Shown here: in pieces, positions 15,507 through 30,035 of the stretch
Layout: every line of letters starts with the position of its first letter
Numbering within the stretch: the first letter of the stretch is position 1
From: Botryllus schlosseri
Taxonomy: Eukaryota
DNA: 64,000 bases
Direction of reading: 5' to 3'
Assembly: GCA_051294905.1 (NCBI GenBank)
Contig: CM119381.1
Span: 21,824,001-21,888,000 of the forward strand
Notes under the pieces: model-generated
Told to the model about the DNA's origin: nothing
What the model saw: only the letters and a program-made list of their open reading frames with translations
Database searches by the model: none
Program-made: the position numbers and the translations under genes

Positions 15507-15914
15507 CAGGGCGGAGCAGATGCACCGGAGCCGGATCAGCACTTTCTCTGATACGGCCGGAGTCGGATCGGAGCCGGATCAGTACTTTTTACTAAGAATA
15601 TGACAGCCTTACCCTGTTCCCCTCTCGAATCAACAGTTAAAGTGAAACGTTCTAGGAAATAAACCACAAGCTAATTGCTAAGTCCGAGTCGGCGAAATTA
15701 CTTTAGATAAGATCTTTGAGTTTCTAACTTCCTGTTTGCATTGTTTCAATCCATATTCAATACCATCCTGTGAGTAGAAATTATTATCGGAGTTTTTCGG
15801 ACCGGGTCACGAATAATTCTAGTATCCGGCCTAGGAGTAGGACCGGAGTCGGAGCAGAGCGTTGAAAACAGGATTGGAGTAGGACCAGAGTATTTATCGA
15901 TCCGCTCCGCACTA
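15507..15914. mobile_element. hAT-type MITE with CCGGAG(C/T)CGGA repeats
   Basis: TIRs CAGGGCGGAGCAGAT / ATCCGCTCCGCACTA. Flanks AATCCTAC vs AGTCCTAC (7/8). Confidence 0.75.
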
Positions 15915-18344
15915 AGTCCTACTATACCTATACGTCTTGCAACATTTCAGACCAGATCACACTCCGACATTTCGTTAGGCGATCGTTTATACGCCCCAGA
16001 AAGCCGGAGCCATTACGGGCACTATATCGTCTTGAAAGGCGGCTAGAAAACGGAAAAAATGGTAGAACATCCTATTCCTCCCAAATTTCACGGTACAGTC
16101 GCTAGAAATCAAGAATGTCGTGAAATACTAAGTGACAAATATTTATTTCGCTTCGATCGTAATTATCATGATCGTTGTGCATTTTTAGCTGTAGTTAGTC
16201 GTGTGTAAAATGTTGATGCGATGATAGACCCTGATCAAAACAGACCTAAATAAGGCGTGGAGAGACCGACACTGTCTCCATTGAGTTCGTCGAATCACAG
16301 GTCCATGACAAACGCGGCTTACCCCAGGAGTTCAAACAAGCGGAAGCGAACGAATGACATGCTCCATTGGTCGTGTGCTTGTAAATCAATCAGGTGACAA
16401 GAATCACTCAGGGGAAATCCATCATATGCGCGTATATACCTGCCGCGGTGCTACCTATCTATGATACGACGATCGCCTGGTCCTATTCGGTATCAAAAAC
16501 GCATTTGCTCATGGTGAGAAAAATGTACGAATGGAAGAGGGGGAATGGTCGATTCGGTCTGATAAAAACGCCTCGGAATCGCCACCCTTGCCTATTTTCT
16601 TCACAGTTTATTACACATGGAACAATCCCGTTCAGAATAAGTCAGTTATATCAATAGTCCGTGTTGAAACTACAGGTCTTCGAGTCTAATATTTTCACCC
16701 CGTCACTGATCCAGAGACGTGTTCAAGTTCAATATGTCAGAAGAAATTTCTCAAATGGACGCGCTTCAGTAATAAGACAACTTCGTCAATACGTTTTCCC
16801 ATGGACCAATGAATGCGAAATCACAGGTGTGACACAGCACTAGATCGTGGCATAGTCCAGAATATATAGAATTACATATGGGAAGAAGATTTTATAATCC
16901 AGAAAAAATTGAAGTATACACCAATGCGTATCATGTACCAGGAGAAACAGTTGTAGCGAAACCACCGCTATTGGTGGGTATAGCGACTGGCGCCGTTGGC
17001 CAAGACATATGGACGCAAAAGAGCGCAATGGGTGGAAGAGCGCGAGAATGAAAGATGCACGAAAAGCTTCCGAAGGCCTATGGTCATTATAATGATTCGT
17101 TGTCTTGGAGAAAATGACCTAAGACTACAAGCTGCAATAAAAATTAAAGACAAAGACCAGGAGATTAAAAAAAAACTCTGCTGCATCAACTATAGGCCTA
17201 CATAGTTGCATAGCGCTAAATTTGACAGGAACTTATTCATGATTATAAGAAAAAGTCATACCATACACAAACATTGCACACATATGGCGTAAGTTAAGGG
17301 ATCCGATCTATCTATGGCCATCGGCCAACGCATGGACATTTAGCATAGCTTGCAAAGCATACGCTTCGCATTGCCCCGCCATCAAAACCAGGTCGACGAT
17401 ACACATACCAACGTCGAATGAAAGAGAAAAGCTGGTTTGCTGCGAACTCGAATGGACAACAATTTTTTATAATTTGCTTGGCTTGACCATTATCCCATGC
17501 ATATGATGTGTCACGTGGCAATGTTATGCGCCATTCTAAGCACTGATTTTTTAACCAATTTTCAAAATGGTGGATGAAGAACATGGCGAAAGTATTGCCA
17601 AAATATTGAAATGGATTTGTGGCTGCCTTCTCGCTGTGTGTTTTTATGAAAGGACTTAGCAGGCAGAAATTGTTGGAAGTGGATATGCCGCAATGACATC
17701 GCTTCTTCGACACCCGCCTTCGAAACGTAAACATCACGAGTAACTGATAATCGGATTGCTGAAGTCACAGCAGTTTGTAACTGACAATCAATGAAGTTGA
17801 AAACCCAGTACCGGCACCGAGCTAGGCGGTGGCCCGGAATAAAAGTCGGTACTTCATAGTAGACCTGATATACGCAACAGAAAGTCGATGATTAGTATAA
17901 TAATTCGACAGTTGAAAATTGTTCTGCCCAACTGTATTAACACATTCAGGCATTAACACATTCCGCTCGTTAGCAGAATGGCTACGCCCATGCGCGGTAA
18001 GTATAGCAGCAAGGTACGATATTACCGTACAAAATAGACTATATGTCGATATACGATACGGCTAAAATTATAACGTGACGGCAGATTTTATACCCGAGTG
18101 TTTCTGATCCAGCTGTCGAGACAATTGCTCGGATTGTGAACGAAGAAAGGTAAACAATTGCCGACCTAGTCTAATATGTTACAATCACCGGTCCAATTCA
18201 CATAATGATCTTGATAATACTATAATAAAAATAAACTCCGTGGGACCGTAGCATATTTTATTCCGGATAATATAGAAAACCGCAACACCGTGTGTATAGC
18301 AATCTGCTGCTTACTTATATATCTTATCCCCACAGCACATAGAC

Positions 18345-18653
18345 CAGTGGTTCTCAATCTTTTTTTAGACACGCCCCCCTTTATGATAGCGATAAATTTC
18401 GCACCCACCTTATCGTCATATCACAAAATCCAACCAGGATGCTAGCAACCCCAACAGATTGTTTGATGGCATGGAAGGTTATGGCTGTTGATGAGAGAAT
18501 TTAAAAATATAAAATTACGTCTATATATAGAGAAACACGCCAGAATTGGATGTAAATCGCGCAGAGCGCGAAATTTTTTTCAGTTGACCGCTTCTTCGCG
18601 CCCCCTTCAGATGCTTTCACGCATTCGCCCCCCCCCCAGGTTGAGAACCACTG
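18345..18653. mobile_element. hAT (Charlie/Buster-type) MITE
   Basis: TIRs CAGTGGTTCTCAA / TTGAGAACCACTG. Perfect TSD ACATAGAC. Subterminal CGCCCCC motifs. Confidence 0.93.
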
Positions 18654-18811
18654 ACATAGACAGAGAAGTGACGTTTGCAGAACGTATGAATCTGATAGAA
18701 ATTCAGAGTGGGTGCCATATTGCAAGTCCGCCAACAGAGGTTCGCCCGCGGAGAAAGATCAATGGTGTAATGTCTAAATTGTCCAAGGTCCGCGTCGAAA
18801 TGCTACGAATT

Positions 18812-19326
18812 TAGGGCTGGGCACAATGATTCGAGTACTCGAATCTGAATCGAGTATTCATTTTAATGATTCGAGTCGAGTAGTATAAGACAATTTTTTC
18901 GAGTAGTGAAAATATACGCTCTTCGCAACTGAAAGTTAATTTGCTAACGAGAATTATAGTTTTGATACTATTTTGCACTGAGGGAGCCTTGATACCTTGA
19001 TTGACCGTGTTGCAGCATCCGAGACATAGTACAAAGCTACGAACGTTACTGGAAATAACACATTTCCAAAGTCATGATCATCCCACAGCATTGTCAAGAA
19101 GTGCAATGAAATCGGCATAGTCGAAAAAATACCGAAGTATGTCAAATGTAACGGATAAAAGGCATTATGTTCTTTGTGGTGGCATAAAAGGTACATATTT
19201 GAACTTTGACATAGTACAGTTTGCTGTGACGTCATGATGAGTGATACTCGAATACTCGAGTCGACTAGAAGCATAATACGTGATTCAGAATCGAATCACC
19301 CAGGTACTCGATTTTGCCCAGCCCTA
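18812..19326 (+). mobile_element. hAT MITE, TAGGGCTGGGC family, copy 2
   Basis: Both TIRs intact and colinear similarity to 12017-12544. No recognisable TSD. Confidence 0.88.
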
Positions 19327-21552
19327 GCTATGATATGTCAACACTCGATAACTATACCACGAGAATATTTGTTCCATGCAACATGGAAAATATAAGGCGG
19401 ATATGGATCGATTAACACATGGGAACGACGTAGTGCAGATCCGCCGTAAAGTCAGTATAACATTCAAAACCAACTATATGGACAAAAGCAATATGATATC
19501 ACGCGTGATTGCGACTCTTGTTGAGACTTCCAATAACGTACGGGATGTTGTATACGCAGTCACTGAGATTTGGCCACCGTGATCGTAACCGTTAATTAAT
19601 GTTTGTACTCAGAAACGTTATTGGCTCGAACAAGACACAATAGTATAATTACCGCCGTATTTGCGAGTATGACTTTGTGGATTTCATAGCTATAATGTTG
19701 CATTCCGAATAGCACATTATTTTAGAGACAAAAGTACATGAATTCCATGTGATATTTCCAAACATACACTAATATGAGCGCATGGACAGTAAGATTGCGA
19801 ACAGAAGCACGTATCAAACGTTAGTAATAGATAGTTAGCAACGAAGTACTTAAGTAGGTCTTACCTATACTTGCACTACTTACACAAGCGGTTGCATCTT
19901 GACTACTATCAATTGTACCTAACAGTTTTCAGGCAAATCTAGTCACTTTTTAGACTTTGCATTTTGTAATGTAGAAAGCAGTTTCAGGATATGTTTCCAT
20001 CACGTTTTTGAGTGATATTGTCACAACGACTGGGTGAATCAAGGTAACTGAATATATTTTGAGAAATCGCATCAATTTGTAGTGGCATATTTCCTTTTGG
20101 GGTAGTTGTGATGATGGCACCAGGCAATTCCGAATCAGGCACCTTCGGTCGGCTACTAAAAGTATATGCGAAGTTACGACCAAACCAACTTTTTGAAGCA
20201 ACTGATGCTTGATTTCTTTCAAATCATCATTTTATACTTCCATTTGAAGTAGTCTACGTTACTTTTACTCCCACTGGAGTACCAACGATGACTATACTTT
20301 GGCCACCTCTATACATTTAGTGTAATGGTGTATATAGCTAACCGATGATGAGGCTGTAAATTGCTATTGCAGTCATCATTTTTGCAGACCGCAGAGATGC
20401 GGAGCCGGTTATTATAAGCCAGAATCTACGTAATGCCGTTCATTTGTGCTCTAATCCTACTTCAACAAAAGTCACCAATGATATCTGAGATATCACGTGT
20501 CTCATTTAGATCTGACTAAAATGATGCTTGAATAGTGCTATATCATTTTACGCGACGACTACGTTGAAGCAATAAGTCACTTTCTATAGTTAGAGTAACG
20601 CACTGTTTACTTGACAAGCTAAGTTTAACCACTGGGGGTTTGTGATTATTAACATTTTGCCACCAAAGATAAATATGTACACATGTTCACAGTGCAGTAT
20701 GAATACGAACTGACTCTATTGTCACAATTCAAGTTTTTCAATCCAGCATTTCGAACTGACAACGTTCAAGTCATGTTTCAGCGCGACAATACCACGCCAA
20801 AAATACAGTTTCGATTCGGCCGTATCCATGGTTATAGGCCACCATGACTGTTTTCAATTGCAATTGCAACTCAAAACACGTTATTGGTTCGCGAAAGTAT
20901 ATAATTGGCGGGGAATTACAAGTGTACTGGTTCTACGAAAGGCTTGTGAATCTGAGTGGAAATGATAACGAAATATCATTTGTTTACATGCAATGGAGGG
21001 TCGGTATGATGGTAGATGTCTCAACGCATCAAGTGATTTCCTATGCAGTGATTCATACCAACAGGTTTAATGAAATAGACACTTGATAATGATAAAAAGA
21101 TACGACGCGTGGAAGCATAAATTCAAGTTTCCTAAAACAATAATAAATTCTGTAAGAGCAACTGTGTCGCGCGGTGCTTAAGGTTGCATATTCGGATAAG
21201 CGTTGTTATAGGTTCACATCTTGCGGTATCGTGAATATTTTAAGCTATCCGTGAACCGATATGTACTTTCGAATGGATTTAGCTTTACTACAAGTCAAGG
21301 TCAACACCGCATGGCGCGTCGTTCATGCTTGTACTATCAACAATGCGTCAACTGATAATAACAACCACCGCGATAACTATTATGATATAATTTCCCATAT
21401 GTCAATGCATTCCCAAATCCAGCTTCGGATAGAGATGTAGCTTCATTCATAAATTAATATCAAGTAATGTACATCTCTTTTAGAAGCAAGTTAGGTAAAG
21501 CTATACAAATAAAACAATCATAGTATATAAAAGACAGCGTTGGTGCATGATC

Positions 21553-21735
21553 CGGCTAATATAATATGATTCTGAAGCTTGATCACAATTAGTATGGTTA
21601 TAAATGCTGTTTGACGGAATTTTCAATCCAAAGGAATCTGTCCAGAATCAGAAAACCGTCAAAAAACAAAACAGAGGTACGGCTAATATAATATGATTCT
21701 GAAGCTTGATTAGTATGGTTATAAATGCTGTTTGA
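21553..21735 (+). repeat. Direct duplication (62 bp and 56 bp copies) separated by a 65-bp filler
   Basis: 21553-21614 and 21680-21735 are identical except for a 6-bp indel (CACAAT). Confidence 0.9.
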
Positions 21736-23686
21736 TTTCTCATAACAGGTTTTGATTGTTTATCGAAGTGCCAAAGCGAGAAATTCGGAAAATACAAATT
21801 TCAACATCATAAAGAACTGTCATTTCCACAAACCTTCGTCTATCAAGACATATATCTTAATTCATCACAATATTGCCAGGTTCTACTATACATAATCCTG
21901 GTTAAGACATTGGATTATATAATGACCCGAAAATCTGCGGTTGTGAAGTAACGACTAAATGCCATTGCTTTCGAGTAAAGTTGTGTTACTGTGTCGATTA
22001 GAAATGCTATTGACATTGTTATCTCACATTCAATTCTGTGCTTAGGAATGGAGGGAGAGAGTCGCTTCTGAAGTAGACGATCTGTCGATCATAAGCCGTC
22101 ATTGGAGTACTCAGAAAGAGAAAAAACTCCAAGCTTCACAGTATAAGTATAACTTACTGAGACAGGACAGGAAACGCTGTCGAGACCGCCTGCGACATTA
22201 AGAACGCGCCGTTTGATTTCAGATATGCCAATACATAGTAAATGTCAGCAGTTTGGTACTGCATATACATTGGGTTGAGGATAAATTTTTCAAGAAGATC
22301 AGCTTTGGACAAAACGCATATAATAGATGATCTGCTTGACCCACATCGCATTATTTATTCGCCGCGTTACGTGATCTGTTTGTGACGTCGATAAAACCTT
22401 GTCATTTTCATATTAGACAATATTATGGCAGAAATAAAAGCTGCAATTATTGTATTAAAGATACGTAACCGCACATACGAACTTGAACGCACACTTGCGG
22501 GCACAATAAGATTTTCCCACAACCCGTACTTACAAAAGCTCATCTCATAAGAGGCCCGTGTCAGGGAAATAGCGCACACAGTTATTTCTTACATCAACAT
22601 CTTCGCTATTTCTAAGTAGCGATGCATGCCAATAGAATAAGGGATTTCGGTATTTTTAATTTGGCAGCACCAAAATGGCGCCTAGCTGGAAAATCCGGGC
22701 GCCAATGTTATACAAATGTGATGCACGGAACGCAGCAAGTGACGCCAATTGCTGCAAGGTATTCTGACATACGTGGGCCTTATGACTGTTGGTTGTGTGA
22801 CCCGCTTAGAAAACCAATCATCCTTATAATTAAACAGCGGTCTATCACCGTATCAGAAACGATCAACAACTGCAACAAATCGAACATGCGAAAACGCAGA
22901 AGCATGAGTGAATTCTCCACATCGTCATCATATGTACTTTTTATTGCAATTAAGAAAATCATTCGTATTAAACGATAACAAAATCGATTAATTTTGCCAA
23001 GCGCACACCTGGTCTCGCGGTTGTGTAGCGAAGGCAATAATAGCAAGAATTATATCATTAGGCGCGTAGTTTTGTTGTCAGTCACTATGAACTGCTTTGA
23101 ATTCGTGTACAATTAAACGTGGAATTTCCCCAACGCCATTCAAATATAGATACATCAGGTAACAGTTGCAAAGCTTTCAGACTGTGGATGGCGAGTCGAT
23201 TTATTTTACGCAAGTCCGAAAAATCTTCGACATTCTGGAAGTGTGGCCTAAAACATTAGGTATACATTCTGATTCGGCTGTAGATTCGCAAGTTACACAC
23301 TCAAATCAACAGTAATACCTTTCTGATTACAAGTACAAATAGAGATATATCGAAATTATGGAAAAAAGTGCTACGAAATAATGATATTATTAAAATAATA
23401 CCAAGAGATGAAATACCAGGACAGACGAGGCGAAAACAATACAAAATATATAACAACGGGATTTTGCAGATAGTTTCTGCTAAATCAGTGGTAAAGCTGG
23501 AACCATAGGAGCTTGTCATAATGACCCGTCTCGATAGGAATGTAAGTCATCAAAGAAGAGCTGGGTAAAACTTGCACTTGGATCACTCTGCAAGTACTAT
23601 TCATTACTGACCATATTGTAGCCTAGGCACGACTAATGCCTGTACCATCGGTAATTCATCATAATTTATCAAATTTCCAATAACAG

Positions 23687-24039
23687 TAGGGTTACCATGC
23701 GTCCACCTTTAGGAGGATTTCTCCTCCTTTTTGAAGAAATGTCATCCTTTTTGACAATTCATCCTCCTTTTTAACCTACAGTGGCCCAAAAGACCACTAA
23801 AGACGTTAAATTTCGGCCTAAAAGATAGACGACTAGTTGCGTGGAAGTTAATTATGAAAAATGACTATTTTGTAAGTCAACACCACAGAAGTATCGTAAA
23901 AAGTGGGTAATGCGGGATTCGAGTCAACAGAACAAGATTTACAGAATTAGCTATTATCAATTTCGGTAAACTAACTTTTTATGATAATATAAAAGTGTCC
24001 TATGATTATTTATATTCTTAATTGAGTAAGGTAATCGCA
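23687..24039. mobile_element. Degraded MITE related to 30036-30494
   Basis: Starts TAGGGTTACCATGCGTCC with TCCTCCTTTTT repeats like the 30036 element. Right end is degenerate (TAAGGTAATCGCA). No TSD. Confidence 0.5.
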
Positions 24040-24094
24040 TTTTAAAAAATTGTGACATCACCACGTATATAAAAGTAATTCAATACTATAACTA

Positions 24095-25487
24095 GGGGAG
24101 ACCGGGGACAATTGTAACACTTTTTGGATTTTCCAACATTACGTGTTGTTCTCATGGAAATTTCAGTTCCAAAGTTTTATATAAGGAAGCCAACAACTCG
24201 ATAGTTTATATAGAAAATAAAATGGAGCTCAATCAACACTCAATCATGGAAATTTTGGGTCGCGAAAGTCGCCGCTCAAATGTTACAATCGCCCCGTACC
24301 CAGGGGCAATTGTACCACCCATGCGGGGCAATTATAACAGTGTTATTTGTAAGTGAAAACAACAAAATGAACAACGAAAACGGGACCACAACTTGTATTA
24401 TTGCATCAAACTAAAGAAATAGAAGTTTGAACGCTTCCAGGCTACGCCCCATAGCGGTTTGGCATTTAAATACAATATCACCCTTCGTGCCTTCTTCATG
24501 AGCTCAAAGTGTACAAGAACCACATTCATTCCATCATCTCCCCACATATATAAGGCATCTTCTACCAAGGTGCTGTTGCTCAGCGTTCACAATGGGTTGG
24601 GCATTGGGTCACCTGCGAAGGTGCGAAACTGAACTGGCTAAAATATTTTGGTTGAATGCGCCGATGATAGTGTAGCAAAACGAGGACACAACATTTTGTG
24701 GAGTCAAAGCTAATGGCATTCTCCTGTTCTGTACGAAATTAATAGTAATTGTTCACAACAAATGACAAAATGTTATTGGGCCATGCTCAAAGGCAGAGGA
24801 TGAGGATTCATTCATGGGCAAGTTCTTAAGTGACCATTTAAGGTTGACACACCAAAAGTCGATCAACATGAGAAAGGGTGGCAGAATCACGGAAATAACC
24901 GAACCGTAAGATTCACATCACCACTGCTGTATGGCCATTCCGACAGATGATCATGATAGAATTGGTATGGCAAGGTGGTATCTGTTCTGGTATTGAACTT
25001 CTGGCTGTTTCAAGATTCATCTGCAGTAGATAAATGGTTATACCAACATATGAACAAAGATATTCAGCATTGACAAGATGTTGTAACGGGGCAAAAGTAA
25101 CAGAGTGTTACGTTTGCCCCTGACACGCTCGACCATGATTAGTGTCTCAGTATGGTACCTTTCCGGCGATGCAAGTCCTAGGTTTTCGATCATCAAGGTA
25201 GACTGTGGTAACATTGTTCCAGGTACATATATTACGTTGTAACCACTTGAGGTAATATTCGTCTGAACAAATTATTCCAGATCAGAAAATATTTACTCAG
25301 ATGTCCAAAATTTCGTTTTTTTCAAATTATTTCGTAGTGTCGCGTCGTATCTCAACGTAACTTCAGATATGTTAGGAGAGATAACTACCACATGCGCACG
25401 CAAAATATCAAGGCGATTTATCCACCCTACTAGCGGTGAGGTCGATTGTTACATTTGCCCCTAGTTACATTTGTCCCCGGTCTCCCC
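24095..25487 (-). mobile_element. Internally deleted pogo/Tigger-like (Tc1/mariner superfamily) DNA transposon, 1393 bp
   Basis: 24-bp TIRs GGGGAGACCGGGGACAA(T/A)TGTAAC with one mismatch and TA on both sides. Repeated subterminal GGGGCAAWTGTAAC-like motifs. Decayed PHD-like coding remnant at ~24455-24560. Confidence 0.85.
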
Positions 25488-28400
25488 TACTTACAAAATT
25501 AACTGTGCAGATCAGCTACAATCACAAATAACGACTAAAAGGACTCTCTAATTCAAACAGGCTGTTCAATCCTCATATTCTGTTCGGTCCCTGCACAGTA
25601 TACCCCGATGAAGTCATCGCCTGAACAATGTGGGGTCCATTTTGAAAGAACAACATTAAAACCATTATCTCTTGAGCGCTCCATTGCAAATGACTTCGTC
25701 CGAAGTATATAGGATGTGGATTAGGGGACGCATAGATAGCCCCACATAGGAAGACCTATAGGAGGCGATATCTTGCGCAGAGAGATTTTCTATGGAGTGA
25801 AATAAGTTAAGTAAACTCCCAATGAGAGATCAGATAAACTGCGCCTTGATAACGACGGGCAAAGTATCTCGGGTGTAATTCTACACCGTGAGATTTACGG
25901 ATTTACAAACATTAACTCGGCGTCTACAAAATATATCCGTTAATAGTTATTTAGGCCTAAATTCATTCGAGCTCGTTTAAATACAATCGCAAACAAACGT
26001 AACCAATTAGTGTAGAAGCTAATCTTTTCTTCTTTCATTTTTCTGCTAAAAAAGTAAATAATGCGTCAAGATATTTGCTGGAAGAGCAGCAGGGCAATGC
26101 ATGCTTAGTGGTCGACCGATAACCGACCAATCCAATATTCAGGGTTTAAGCAACATCGGTGACCTTCCAACTGTCGAAATGTGAGCCGATATTGTTTTGT
26201 TTTAATCAGATTAAATACAATTTCATTATTACGTTATCCAATCCATGATATATTTGCGTAGCAGAACATTGCATATGTGGTCCACAGTGTGTCGTCGGCC
26301 TATCTAATAGGAAATAGTTGATATCATCCTTCACATACGGTGCCACCGGTTACAAATAAGATACCGGGTTACGCACCAGAGGAAACCCTGAATCGAGATA
26401 ACTTGAATTTGCATCATTGTTTGATCCTCCATGTCGACAGAAATGACTGATTTTCTTAAGTCGTGATAAGAAGTTTATCTTCATTGGATGGCAATTTATA
26501 GCCACAACACAAAATCCTCTTAGATATTCACCGAATTATCTCTAAAACCGAGGAGCGATGTTAGAGGAATCGGATTATCCCGGTGGGTTACATTACGGAC
26601 CTGTTATTACATGCTGAAGAGGCATCGAAAATCAAGCTTAGAAGTACAACACACAATGTTTGGACATAGCACGGCTTGACGGCTATAATAAGACAATAGT
26701 TTTCGGAATGCAGCGGTACAAATGTATATGTGGCTTACGGTACGTGCTTCAGTTCGATTCTGTCTATAACTCGGGGTTGATTTGTAATTTGCGAGAATGT
26801 AAAGAAGGAAGTAATATTGACGAGCTATATACATCAGAAAACGGTTGTCTTTTTATTGGTGCATTTAACAATATCTTATATAGTCGAAATGTAAAAGAAA
26901 TCCTGCAGTTCGTTGATCAGCCAAATTATCTTCAGAAGACTTTCATTCATTCACATAGATAGGCTATTCATTAAATACATCCATGAACTCCACGCACATC
27001 AACTGCGTACATTTCATCCTCATAAGTACTAATTATAGGCGAGGGCCGTATATAGCCGAGCCCGTAATACCGTTGATTAATGTGTGCAGCAGAATACAGA
27101 TTTTATATGCGGCGGTGCACTGTCTAAGATGCACCTTTTCGCATCGGAAACCAAACAGAACATTATATTCATTAATTCGGACTTGTCGGTTACCTGATCC
27201 TGCGTGACATGAAATATGCGGCTGGCGTTTGCGCATTATCTATTTCAAATTTGTTCAATACGAATGAAATAGTATCATACATATCGGGCGTTAAGTCCAA
27301 TCCCATTTACACGCCACCTAAGCCAATTTAGGGAGCTCGTGAATGTGTTTAAAACAAGCGGTGCGTTCATAATTTCAATTTAATCCCGAACGCCCAAAAT
27401 GACAGCTCTTGTCAAAGCACATATGCCACGTGAGAGCGTTTCTATTCGGCAAGTTCCACGGAGATTTTGATCGAAACGCACAACTAATTGTCCTATAGGC
27501 TGAGGAACAAATAGTTCATTGGTGCATTTAAAAATTATTGCATAAGGTACGAAAATTTGGTCCACAACCCACGTAATATTCGAGGCAATGGAACTAAATA
27601 AGATTGTCATTGGAACCCTACCAAGAATCAGTCATTTTGAATGATATGAAGACGCCATATACTCGTTCACTTGTGCTTTCCGGTCGACAGAACCATTCGA
27701 AATGTATGCTATTATTTTTACGAGAATAAAATAACTATCTTTTAAAACCGATATCAGTCTTTACCAGGAGCTATAGCCAGAAGTAGAAAATGGTATATAT
27801 CTCAATCACAATCGACATTTCAATAGGTTAATGGCGACGTTTCACTTTTCAGAATACATAGAAGATTGTAAAAGGAGCATGTCCTGGTCATGGCATGTCT
27901 TACCATGGAGAAGTATGGGAGATTCTCTGGGATATGTGATGAATTCTTAACAACAATCTCTTACGGATTTATCATTTATCCTTCGGCCACGAAGCCCTAC
28001 AATCGCAATCTGGATTCCGGACGTACCGATCAGCAAACACATATAACTAGGATAAAGTCAGCAAACGCAATATGCATTATATACCGTGGATATAGGATTG
28101 GAGTATTCTTAACCATTTTTCTGTTTAGCAGTCTCCATTTTGCCTCCCGTATCTCGAAATTTCTCGATTTCATGAATCGTATTTCATTATTCATGTCAAC
28201 GGCATCCCCGCGAAAAATAGTTCAGAGAATTACATGGAACTCGTACCCTGTTATTCTCAGTTCAAGACCAGGCCTGTCCATTTCTTGACCGATAACTGAA
28301 CTCTATGTATCATCTCGAGTTCGTCAAAAGCCATTTTGGAGGAGCAGGGTCATGGATAAGCCTAATAAATCGAGTCTTGTTATGCTAATAAATAAAGTCT

Positions 28401-28929
28401 CAATTTTATTTGTTGTTGAACATGCAGGATAATCCGTAACACCACCATCCCACGAGACATGATATTGACTTGTTACAATATCAGGTGCCAAATTCAGATG
28501 GTTATTAAGTTCGTACAGGCAAATTAATACTACTCGACACTTGCTTCGCACAACCTAAGCAAATAATATGCAATTAATCTAGTTTAGCAATTCAGGATGT
28601 TTCCGATATTTATAGTATATAGTTTGTTATTACCTAAAATAACATCGTGATCCCCTCTATACTTGAATTAGTATGAATTCCATAAACAAATACCGCTTGG
28701 GTAAGAGGGATGTTTCGTATACGTTACGACTTACGTTAAACTGAAGTCATCAAGCACAATCAGGTCAATTGAATGCCAGGTTATAAGACAGAATAAACCG
28801 CGGCTATATAAAGTTTCTTCATGTACAGACGCAGCTCAAACCTTAGATTGAATTCTATAGAATAGTGGCACCATTTGCACCAAACTAATCAATCATTTTT
28901 ATTCGTTAGTAATCATAAACGGTAATCAT

Positions 28930-29346
28930 TAGGGCAAGTTTTTGCAACTTTTGCAACTTTTATTTACAGCTTCCGGCAGCTTCCTAAATATTCGTAAGAT
29001 ATGTAGAATGCTGTTTTAAGCTGTTTGAAGGAATCTTATAGTGCAACTTTTTGCAACTTTTGCCCATTTTTGTCATGCAACTTTTTGCAACATTTTGCAA
29101 CTTTCTCGATTTTTCATGAAAGTATTTTCGATTTTGGTGGGGACACGGCCGAATTCGACTGAAACACCGTAAATCAGCACCGAAGTAACGCTTTTACGGG
29201 TATTTCGGGAGCTGAGCCGCAAAATTGACCTTTTGTTTAGTCAACCGAGTAAAATGCGGTCAAAATGCGACTTCTGCAACTTTTGTTGAAATTAAAAAAA
29301 TAAATGCAACTTTCTCAGGTTTTTACTGCAACAAAAACTTGCCCTA
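28930..29346. mobile_element. hAT MITE with TTTTGCAAC repeats
   Basis: TIRs TAGGGCAAGTTTTTG / CAAAAACTTGCCCTA. Perfect TSD GTAATCAT. Confidence 0.92.
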
Positions 29347-30035
29347 GTAATCATCAGTCACTTCGGTCGCTGCGTTGTCAATTACTTCGCGTGCGTTCTT
29401 TTATCTACAGTGTTTGTATTGCTGTTGTCAAGAGTTTTTGATCAGCCAATACAGCTGTTTTTTAGAATGTTGTAGTAATTTGATATATTAATGGCTTGGT
29501 GCACGAACACTGATTTATATTTATCCACGTAATCAAAGCCTATACAGTAAAGGCTATTTGTTGATCGTACCTTAATAGTGATAAGACGAAATGAACAATC
29601 CGAGAATCAGTGTTTCACTTTCTCTCCGTTTGAAGAGGGTGGACAGTGGGACACGTAACACCCGATTAGAATGCTGAGTGCTGGTGTCAGGACATCACAG
29701 AGAGACCAATGTAATCGTACGCTTGGCTGATTGAAACGGCGACAAGTAAGCAATTAATATCCATATGCGAGGCAAATTACGGGCTCGCGGTATTCTTGCA
29801 ACGACATCGCCTCCTTGCAAACGTTATTGGCATATTTACAAACGCGCTAGCCAATAACTTATTGTGAACGTCATGTAGGCAGCGAGCCTGCGTAACGTTA
29901 TGGAATGCTCTCGCGCTAACATAAAATAAGCTTTGCTGACGCTTCTAGTATTTAGGAAAATGCAAGGGGCACAAGATTTGTGCACGGCCTACTCGAATAT
30001 TCCAGGTATATGTTTCCGTATTATTCATCATAATC

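Noticed and set aside
17565-17660. DEEHGES resembling a DEHGERFHQ transposase motif
   Set aside because: The following residues do not match and there are no TIRs.
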